Source: Deltaproteobacteria bacterium
GTDB taxonomy: Bacteria > Desulfobacterota > Syntrophobacteria > BM002
Assembly: GCA_022340515.1 (NCBI GenBank)
Contig: JAJDNT010000056.1
Coordinates: forward strand, 1 to 53,852
Length of the DNA stretch: 53,852 nucleotides
Direction of reading: 5' to 3'
Shown here: piece after piece, positions 47,154 through 53,852 of the stretch
Position numbering within the stretch: the first letter of the stretch is position 1
How the letters are laid out: every line of letters begins with the position of its first letter
Notes under the pieces: model-generated
The model's database searches: none
What the model was told of the DNA's origin: nothing
Seen by the model: the letters and a program-made list of their open reading frames with translations, nothing else
Translations under genes and position numbers: made by a program

Positions 47154-49067
47154 ATGACCTCTTCCTGGTTCCAAGATCCAACTCTGTTGGCTGCCGCCTT
47201 GGCAGCCCTGCTGCCTTTCGTCACTTTCGCTTTGATCATGATTTTCACCCGGCCATATCCAAAACTGTCGGCCGCTATTTCCATTGCAGCTGTCAGTGTC
47301 TCCCTAGTATGTGCCATTTTCCTTCTTAGCAGCCATTGGCACCTGGAAAAACCCATACAATACGCCGCCAAGTGGATAATTTCAGGGGATATCTACATTC
47401 CCTTCGGATTTCTGCTGGACCAACTCAGTCTGGTGATGCTCACCATTGTTGCGGTTATCTCATTTCTGGTTCAGGTTTACTCTTTGGGCTACATGGCAGG
47501 AGACCCGGGGTTTGCCCGCTACTATGCCTTCCAGTCCCTCTTCGCCTGGGCCATGATGACCATGAGCATAGCGCCTACCATGCTGCAATTTTACGTTTTT
47601 TGGGAGTTGGTGGGACTGGCCTCCTATTTGCTCATTGGCTTTTACTATGAAAAGTTCAGCGCCTCAGAGGCGGGTAAAAAGGCTTTTGTCATGACCCGTT
47701 TCGGGGATATTGCCTTTTTCCTCGGACTGCTTCTGGTGTTGTTTAACTTCGGCAATCTAAATATCCTGGATATGAATTCCGTTGATGTAACCGCCCGTAT
47801 GTCACCAGCCTTGATAACCCTATCCGCCATATTGATTTTCGGTGGTGTTGCCGGCAAGAGCGCCCAATTCCCCTTGCTAACCTGGCTGCCCGATGCCATG
47901 GAAGGTCCCACCCCGGTGAGTGCCTTGCTTCATTCGGCCACTATGGTGGCGGCAGGGGTTTACATGTTTGCCCGGATTTTTCCCTTCTTCAGCCATTCGG
48001 CCGCTGCCATGAACACGTTTTTGGCCATCGGTACCATTACTATGCTGCTGGCCTCCACCATGGCCATGGTGACCAGGGACATCAAACAGGTGTGGGCCTA
48101 CTCTACTGTCAGCCAGCTTGGCTTCATGGTCATGGGACTGGCAGCGGGCAGCTACTTCGCCGGGATTTTTCATCTAACCACCCATGCTGGGTTCAAGGCC
48201 CTGCTCTTTCTCTGCTCGGGAGTTTTTATCCACGAGTTCGAAACCAATGACTTTTTTGAAATGGGTAAATACGGGGGCCGTGGCCTTAAGGTGCCAATGG
48301 TGTGTATGACTGTGGCCGCCGCGGCCTTGTCGGGCCTGCCGCCGCTCTCCGGCTTTTTTAGCAAAGAGGCGATCATGGGCGGTTTGGCCGGACTCCACAA
48401 CCCCGTCTGGCTGTGGGCAGGGTTGTTGGGTGCTTTTCTCACCGCTTATTATTCTTTCCGACTGATTTTTTCCATCCTCTTTCCACGGAAAATCGAAAAA
48501 ACTCATCAGGGAGAGCATGGTGGCCATGGTCATGGCCATGATGGCGGCCATCATCATGTTGGTATTTACTGGGTGATGGCTTGGCCTTTGATCATCCTTG
48601 CCTCTATCACCCTGGTACTTGGTTTCTTCCACACTCCTTTGGAAAATTTCCTGGTTGGCCATCACGGTGGTGCTGAGGCTCACGGTGGTCACCACGCCTG
48701 GTTGCTCTATGTGGCAGTGGGTTTGGCCCTTTCGGGCGTGGGACTTGCCTGGCTCGAGTTTGGCCGCAAAGGGGCCTCTCAGGTAGGTTTTGTCGAAAAG
48801 ATAGAGCCCATGAGCAGGCTCTTTGCCAACCGCTGGTATATTGACCATTTCTATCGACGCTTTCTCGATTATTTCATCTACGGAATTGTCTCGAACCTAT
48901 TTACCAGAAACGACCGCCGGGTGATTGACGGCGGCATCGACGGAATTTGCAGGGCCACAGTTGGCAGTGGCTGGGCGCTTTCCTTCTTGCAGTCGGGAAT
49001 GCTCCAGTACAATTTAATGGTGATGTTTGCTGTACTGGCCCTGGTGGCACTTTACTTCTTCTTTTAA
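47154..49067 (+). CDS. nuoL: NADH-quinone oxidoreductase subunit L (antiporter-like, with His-rich insertions)
   Basis: 637 aa. Motifs are WELVGLASYLLIGFYYEK, AGKSAQFPLLTWLPDAMEGPTPVSALLH and a C-terminal lateral-helix region. His-rich stretches are HQGEHGGHGHGHDGGHHH and GHHGGAEAHGGHH. Confidence 0.95.
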   Translation: MTSSWFQDPTLLAAALAALLPFVTFALIMIFTRPYPKLSAAISIAAVSVSLVCAIFLLSSHWHLEKPIQYAAKWIISGDIYIPFGFLLDQLSLVMLTIVAVISFLVQVYSLGYMAGDPGFARYYAFQSLFAWAMMTMSIAPTMLQFYVFWELVGLASYLLIGFYYEKFSASEAGKKAFVMTRFGDIAFFLGLLLVLFNFGNLNILDMNSVDVTARMSPALITLSAILIFGGVAGKSAQFPLLTWLPDAMEGPTPVSALLHSATMVAAGVYMFARIFPFFSHSAAAMNTFLAIGTITMLLASTMAMVTRDIKQVWAYSTVSQLGFMVMGLAAGSYFAGIFHLTTHAGFKALLFLCSGVFIHEFETNDFFEMGKYGGRGLKVPMVCMTVAAAALSGLPPLSGFFSKEAIMGGLAGLHNPVWLWAGLLGAFLTAYYSFRLIFSILFPRKIEKTHQGEHGGHGHGHDGGHHHVGIYWVMAWPLIILASITLVLGFFHTPLENFLVGHHGGAEAHGGHHAWLLYVAVGLALSGVGLAWLEFGRKGASQVGFVEKIEPMSRLFANRWYIDHFYRRFLDYFIYGIVSNLFTRNDRRVIDGGIDGICRATVGSGWALSFLQSGMLQYNLMVMFAVLALVALYFFF

Positions 49068-49079
49068 GGTGAAGCACAC

Positions 49080-50558
49080 ATGAGTATGGAGTTTGCCAAT
49101 TTTCCCTATCTTACCGCCATCCTCTTGAGTTGTGTGGTGGGCCTACTGGTGATCCTTTTCATTCCAGATGAGCGTAAGATGCTGATCAAATGGGTTAGCC
49201 TGGTCTTCTCCGGGATCACCATGGTGCTCTCCATCTACCTCTTCTTCGCCTACGATAAGACCCAAGGAGGCCTCCAGTTTGTCGAGAGAGTTCTGTGGGT
49301 CAAGTCACTGGGCATCTATTATTTCAATGGGGCTGACGGTTTCAATCTTCCCATGTTGATGCTTACAGGCATTGTGCTCTTCACCGGAGTTCTTACCATG
49401 TGGGAGCTGGAGACCCGGGTCAAGGAGTTCTTTGCTTTCACCTTCCTGCTGGTTGCCGGGGTTTTCGGCGTTTTCATGAGCATGGATCTCTTTTTCATTT
49501 TCGTTTGGTACGATGTTTCTCTCTTTCCCATGTATCCGCTCATTGCCATTTGGGGCAGCACCCGCAAAGAATACGGTGCCATGAAGCTCACCCTTTATCT
49601 CTTGGCTGGAAGTGCTTTGATTCTGCCGGGCATCCTTTATCTCTTCGTGAATTCGGGCCTCAACACCTTCGATATAGTCGCCCTTATGCAGCCGGGCACT
49701 TTTACTCCTTTCCAACAGAAGTTCGCCTTCATCCTCCTCTATCTCGGTTTCGGCATCTTAGCGGGTGTTTGGCCCTTCCACACCTGGTCTCCGGTGGGAC
49801 ACGTGGCCGCGCCCACTTCAGTGAGCATGATTCACGCCGGGGTCCTCATGAAGCTAGGAGCTTTTGGGGTTTTACGCGTGGCCATATTCCTCTGCCCAGA
49901 GGGCTGGCAGTACTGGGCCCAGCTCATGGCGGTGCTGGCCACCTGCGGCATCGTCTACGGTGCCTTCGTGGGGCTGGCCCAGACGGACCTCAAATATGTC
50001 ATTGGCTACTCCAGTGTGTCCCACATGGGTATCGTTGGCCTGGGGTTGGCCACGGTTACCGTAGATGGATTGAATGGTGCGGTGTTTCAGATGTTCGCCC
50101 ACGGGGTTATGACCGCACTATTATTTTCCTCCGTGGGCTACATTTACGATAAGACCCACACAAAAATGATTCCGGAGCTGGGCGGTATGAGCAGGACAAT
50201 GCCCGTTGCCTCGGGTTATTTCATCGTGGCGGCGCTGGCTGGAATCGGCGTTCCCTGCCTGGCTAGTTTCTGGGCAGAGCTACTGGTCTTTATCTCTGCC
50301 TTCAAGACTTATCCGATTCGGGGTGCTCTGGCCATCTGTGGCCTGGTAGTAAGTGCCCTGTTCATGTTGCGGGTGGTGCAGCGGACCTTTTATGGTGAGA
50401 AAAGAGAGGAGTTCGACCACCTGCCCGATGTCTCCTTCGGTCTGGGTATTCCCAGGATGATCCTGGTTGCGGTGATTGTCTTTTTTGGCCTCTTTCCGTC
50501 AGTGATGCTTGATGTGATACAGGTCGCCTCAATTCCCTTTATTAACGGGTTGCCGTAA
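49080..50558 (+). CDS. nuoM: NADH-quinone oxidoreductase subunit M
   Basis: 492 aa. Motifs are [30 protein letters not shown] and [10 protein letters not shown]. Confidence 0.95.
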   Translation: MSMEFANFPYLTAILLSCVVGLLVILFIPDERKMLIKWVSLVFSGITMVLSIYLFFAYDKTQGGLQFVERVLWVKSLGIYYFNGADGFNLPMLMLTGIVLFTGVLTMWELETRVKEFFAFTFLLVAGVFGVFMSMDLFFIFVWYDVSLFPMYPLIAIWGSTRKEYGAMKLTLYLLAGSALILPGILYLFVNSGLNTFDIVALMQPGTFTPFQQKFAFILLYLGFGILAGVWPFHTWSPVGHVAAPTSVSMIHAGVLMKLGAFGVLRVAIFLCPEGWQYWAQLMAVLATCGIVYGAFVGLAQTDLKYVIGYSSVSHMGIVGLGLATVTVDGLNGAVFQMFAHGVMTALLFSSVGYIYDKTHTKMIPELGGMSRTMPVASGYFIVAALAGIGVPCLASFWAELLVFISAFKTYPIRGALAICGLVVSALFMLRVVQRTFYGEKREEFDHLPDVSFGLGIPRMILVAVIVFFGLFPSVMLDVIQVASIPFINGLP

Positions 50559-51985
50559 TGAAATTGTGGATTCTCTTTATTCCTGAACTCTACTGTTTGT
50601 TAATGGGTGTGGTTTTCTTTGGCTTGGCAATGGTTGCCCGCCCCAATCCTAGGCGTGACTACTTCGTGGCACTTCTTTTGGCGTCGGCAGGGGTAGTTGT
50701 GGCTCTGGCCTCGATAAAGCTGGAGGGAACCCTATTTTTTGAGGCCTATAGGGTAGATCTTTTTTCCCAGGTTTTCAAAGTCATGCTGGCCATGGGCTTC
50801 TTCTTGGTTATCTGCTTTTGCACAGAGCTCAACGGCATAGAGGAGCGGCACCATCCCGAGTTTTATCTGTTCCTCACAACCTGCACCTTGGCTATGATGT
50901 TGCTGGTGAGCAGCGTCGAGCTTTTGACCATTTATGTCGCCCTGGAGCTCTCCAGTTATTCACTTTATATATTGGTACCTTTACGCCGAGGACACGGAAT
51001 CGATGTTGAAGCCGGCATCAAATACCTCATGGTGGGGGCTACCTCTTCAGCAGTTATGCTCTTCGGCCTCTCTTTTATTTTCGGGGTTACCCATACTACC
51101 TACGTGGTAGACATTATCAATGTCCTTCCCAGTGTTATTAGCAGTCCGGCTGCAATTGTGGGTCTACTTCTTGTCCTGTGTGGTTTCTTCTTCAAGTTGG
51201 CCGTATTTCCCTTCCATTTCTGGGCTCCTGATGTCTACCAGGGAGCTGCCAACCAGGTGACCGCCTACATTGCCTCCGCCTCCAAAGTGGCGGCTGTGGC
51301 CATTATCATGAGGATGGTGTCTCTTGTCGGCGGCGACAGTAAGTATCTGGTGCATGTGCTGGTAACCCTCTCAATTGCCTCCATGACCTTGGGGAATCTG
51401 GTTGCCATTGTGCAAAAGGACATGAAACGTCTTTTGGCTTATTCAAGTATTTCCCATGCAGGCTACGTCCTCATCGGAATTCTCAGTATGAGCCAAACCG
51501 GTTATGCCAGTGCCATATTCTATGCCCTGGCCTATCTGGTGATGAATCTTTGCTGTTTCCTGGTGGTTATAAAAGTTGCCCAGGACGGCAGTGACTTGAA
51601 AATTGCTCAACTGGCAGGGTTGCATCGCCGCTCTCCCATATTGGCCATGGCCCTGATGCTAGCTGTTTTTGGCCTGGCAGGTATTCCACCTACTATAGGG
51701 TTTACCGGAAAATTCTTGGTGTTCGCCGCAGCCATGGAGAAAGGCTACATCACCCTGGTTATTATCGCTATGATCAATGCCACCATTTCTCTTTACTACT
51801 ACATCTTGGTGGTGAAGGCAGCATACCTAATGGAGCCTGATGTGGAGCAGCCCCGGCTTGCAGTGTCAATACCAACTAAGCTACTCACTGGGGCGCTAGT
51901 GACCTTGATGGTAGTGTTTGGGGTTTTTCCCCATTATTTGCTGGAGGTGGCCAGAGCAGCCGCCAGGATGTTGCTGCAAGTGTAA
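50558..51985 (+). CDS. nuoN: NADH-quinone oxidoreductase subunit N
   Basis: 475 aa. Motifs are [29 protein letters not shown] and [12 protein letters not shown]. Its start overlaps the nuoM stop. Confidence 0.95.
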   Translation: MKLWILFIPELYCLLMGVVFFGLAMVARPNPRRDYFVALLLASAGVVVALASIKLEGTLFFEAYRVDLFSQVFKVMLAMGFFLVICFCTELNGIEERHHPEFYLFLTTCTLAMMLLVSSVELLTIYVALELSSYSLYILVPLRRGHGIDVEAGIKYLMVGATSSAVMLFGLSFIFGVTHTTYVVDIINVLPSVISSPAAIVGLLLVLCGFFFKLAVFPFHFWAPDVYQGAANQVTAYIASASKVAAVAIIMRMVSLVGGDSKYLVHVLVTLSIASMTLGNLVAIVQKDMKRLLAYSSISHAGYVLIGILSMSQTGYASAIFYALAYLVMNLCCFLVVIKVAQDGSDLKIAQLAGLHRRSPILAMALMLAVFGLAGIPPTIGFTGKFLVFAAAMEKGYITLVIIAMINATISLYYYILVVKAAYLMEPDVEQPRLAVSIPTKLLTGALVTLMVVFGVFPHYLLEVARAAARMLLQV

Positions 51986-52025
51986 GTTAGCTTAAAATGC
52001 CTAAAATGAACTAGAGCGAATTAGA

Positions 52026-52769
52026 ATGGAACCTCAAGTCCCAAAATTTTGCCGAATCAATGAGCAGCAAGCCTGCATAACCATTTGTGAACCTTCTGGA
52101 ACTTGTACTTGTGACTGCCATGAGGTTCGCCAAGTACTGGAAAATGAGATCGCCGCCATGAATCTTGGGCTAACCGTTGGCACCATGAAGGTTGGCTGCA
52201 ACGGTGACTGTCCTTACGGGGTTCTGGTGGGCTTTCCCCAAAGGGGCTTTTTCTATGACCAGGTTGATGGAGAGCTGGCCAGGGAAGTGGTGAGCGGGAC
52301 CTTGGCCCAAGGCCACATACTTTTTGATCACTTGCACATAGATCCTTTAAAGGCTACCTCCGGTAAAATTTTATATGACCGATCAGGGTTCATCGCTACC
52401 ATCGACGATAGTTTTTGCATGGTTAAAGTTGCCCAGTATTTTCTGAAGTTTGAGGAGGGTGTTTCCTGCGGTAAATGCGTGCCCTGCCGGGTTGGTTCCC
52501 TTGAGCTTCGGGAGATCCTAGATCGTATTATTCAGGGAAAGGGTGAGCCAGAGGATCTTCAGAGGCTTGACTTGGTTTGCAGAGCCATGCAGGATGCGCC
52601 CTTCTGCGACTTTGCCAGGACTACCAGCGGTCCTGTAGTGGCCATCCTCAAATATTTCCGCTCTGAATTTGACAAACACGTTGACCAGAAGGTGTGTCCG
52701 GCTGGTGTTTGCGAGGGGCTGGCAAAGGAAGTGAAGGAAGAGAAAGCAGAAAAAGCAAGGCAAGAATAA
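52026..52769 (+). CDS. FeS protein fusing a thioredoxin-like [2Fe-2S] (NuoE-type) domain to a NuoF C-terminal [4Fe-4S] domain, without the FMN/NADH-binding domain
   Basis: 247 aa. The N-terminal Cys pattern is ICEPSGTCTCDC ... VGCNGDCPYGVLVGFP. The C-terminal part is FCMVKVAQYFLKFEEGVSCGKCVPCRVGSLEL...APFCDFA, which matches the NuoF/HydB N3-cluster region (ESCGKCxPCReG...C). It is the last gene before the terminator at 52800. Confidence 0.8.
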   Translation: MEPQVPKFCRINEQQACITICEPSGTCTCDCHEVRQVLENEIAAMNLGLTVGTMKVGCNGDCPYGVLVGFPQRGFFYDQVDGELAREVVSGTLAQGHILFDHLHIDPLKATSGKILYDRSGFIATIDDSFCMVKVAQYFLKFEEGVSCGKCVPCRVGSLELREILDRIIQGKGEPEDLQRLDLVCRAMQDAPFCDFARTTSGPVVAILKYFRSEFDKHVDQKVCPAGVCEGLAKEVKEEKAEKARQE

Positions 52770-52799
52770 TCGCGCACCGCTAAAAATAGGCATAGGGAT

Positions 52800-52830
52800 G
52801 GGGCGAGTTCATTCTCGCCCTTTTTTATTT
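52800..52830 (+). terminator. rho-independent terminator closing the nuo operon
   Basis: GGGGCGAG-ttcatt-CTCGCCC at 52800-52820 is followed by TTTTTTATTT at 52821-52830. Confidence 0.85.
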
Positions 52831-52831
52831 A

Positions 52832-53074
52832 GTCCGTTGTCCGAGTTAATTGTCCGTGGGAGCTCACTTCGTTCGCGGCAGAGCGCCATAGCCACTAAGC
52901 ACTATGCACTAAGGACTGGGCACCAAAGGCAGGAGAACATATTTCGGACGCGATAATAAGGGGTTTCGGTTCAGAGTTGCAGTGCTCAGTGCCTAGTAAG
53001 CATGATTCTATGTTCTATGCTCCATGCCCTTTGTCTTGTTTGCAACGGACTACGGACCACTGACAACGGACTGG
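52832..53074. repeat. nested imperfect palindrome (~245 nt) built from word repeats
   Basis: The outer arms are gtccgttgtccgagttaattgtccgtgg (52832-52859) and caacggactacggaccactgacaacggactgg (53043-53074). The inner arms are cactaagcactatgcactaagg (about 52893-52915) and gcagtgctcagtgcctagtaagc (52978-53001). A ctatgc array lies at ~53008-53030. Confidence 0.7.
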
Positions 53075-53852
53075 CTAATTTACTACAATTAGGGAACAGT
53101 CACTGGCGCTTTGTAGCATCTTTGCTGCCCTGCTCCCCAGGTTAAACTCACTGATTGCAGACAGACCTCTCCGGCCGAAGGCTAAGATATTATAGTCGCC
53201 TCGGCTGGCCTCGGCGATAATATCGCGGGCGATACCGCGCATTCGAGTTGGCATCTGGTGGGTAACTTGCTTCTCGTCCATTCCAGCTTTGGTGAAAACC
53301 TCCTTGGCTCTGGCGAAGATACCTGCCATTCGTTCCTCATGATTTGAGCGCCACTTTGCTACCAGAGCGTCACGCTCGCTCCGTTCCCTCTCGTCCAGAA
53401 TGTGGCCATGGTCCCAGAACTCCGGAGGCTTGGCTGGCATCACATGGAACAAAGATATCCGCGTTCCGGGAAATGGGGCAAAATACTGAGCCAGGTGAGC
53501 CAAGATGCGTTCGGCATAATCAGAATCATCCAGGGCCGCCAAGATGTTAGGTGGTTTCAATTGAGGGGTGCCGATCACCCAAACAGGTTGTGCCTCTGAG
53601 TATTGGCAAATCTTCGCGGTAGTACTTCCCAGGAGGAATCTCTTCACAGCAGAGCGACCCTTTCTAGCAAGGACGATAGCGGCAAATTTGTTACTTTCGC
53701 AAGCAGTCAGAATATTCTGCGCAGTGTCTACGCTTTTCAACATGCGCTCTAATTCAAGACGGGAGCGCTTGTAACCCATTTCGAGCAACAATTCGACCGC
53801 TCTGTCTAAAACGCGCTGGGCCTGCCGTTCCTGGACCTTTTCCCATTCTGAC
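53075..53852 (-). CDS. tandem-domain universal stress protein, C-terminal part (5-prime end beyond the right edge of the window)
   Basis: The track ORF starts at an internal TTG (53791). The same frame stays open to position 53852 (...SEWEKVQERQAQRVLDRAVELLLEMGY...). Two USP-type ends are present: GRSAVKRFLLGSTTAKICQYSEAQPVWVI and GRRGLSAISEFNLGSRAAKMLQSASDCSLIVV. Confidence 0.8.
   Translation of the reverse strand, partial: SEWEKVQERQAQRVLDRAVELLLEMGYKRSRLELERMLKSVDTAQNILTACESNKFAAIVLARKGRSAVKRFLLGSTTAKICQYSEAQPVWVIGTPQLKPPNILAALDDSDYAERILAHLAQYFAPFPGTRISLFHVMPAKPPEFWDHGHILDERERSERDALVAKWRSNHEERMAGIFARAKEVFTKAGMDEKQVTHQMPTRMRGIARDIIAEASRGDYNILAFGRRGLSAISEFNLGSRAAKMLQSASDCSLIVVN

Noticed and set aside
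48174-48848. Long antisense or out-of-frame ORFs inside well-supported genes. Examples are 48174-48848 and 49400-50152 in nuoL/nuoM, 16677-17183, 36357-36935, 39952-40578, 43623-44222, 44322-44783, 10939-11355, 13442-13870 and 6847-7266.
   Set aside because: Each is fully embedded in a gene with unmistakable family motifs on the other strand or frame. Their translations are low-complexity (Arg/Pro/Gly/His-rich) and have no RBS. They are shadow ORFs.

Overview
This 53.9-kb chromosomal window has roughly 50% GC and comes from a Gram-negative bacterium. Kdo/heptose LPS genes are present. The organism is probably an anaerobe of the Desulfobacterota/deltaproteobacterial type, but that is inference from gene content only. 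All calls rest on reading the sequence and the ORF translations by eye; no searches were run.

Gene content is mostly housekeeping:
- A minus-strand block holds a DapA-fold protein, kdsD, purF, carB, carA and kdsB.
- A TAXI-type TRAP transporter locus has one binding protein and two paralogous fused permeases.
- Further genes include prmA, icd, comF, rfaE2, an ArsM-like methyltransferase, an Rrf2 regulator, queH, an alpha/beta hydrolase, a mannose-1-P guanylyltransferase, cNMP-binding proteins, an RCK K+ channel and leuA.
- The nuoABCDHIJKLMN operon has 11 genes and lacks nuoE, nuoF and nuoG.

Most interesting observations:
1. The EFG-less nuo operon ends with an extra gene for an FMN-less NuoE/NuoF-like FeS protein. 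The operon is transcribed divergently from a 1239-aa fusion (2Fe-2S, GltD-type NAD(P)H flavoprotein, 2x[4Fe-4S], non-catalytic NuoG/FdhA-like molybdopterin domain). Together these look like a possible alternative electron-input module for complex I. This is a hypothesis.
2. An NADH-oxidase/CoA-disulfide-reductase-family gene has an in-frame TGA exactly at the redox-active Cys position, followed by a SECIS-like hairpin. The ORF track truncates it. It is most likely a selenoprotein.
3. Intergenic DNA is built from a small recurring vocabulary of tandem 7-9-nt words. These are arranged as mosaics and as long nested imperfect palindromes.
4. A MITE-like element with 21-bp terminal inverted repeats is present as a 227-bp copy, a 79-bp copy and a fragment.

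No rRNA gene, tRNA gene, CRISPR array, transposase or recognisable defence system was found.
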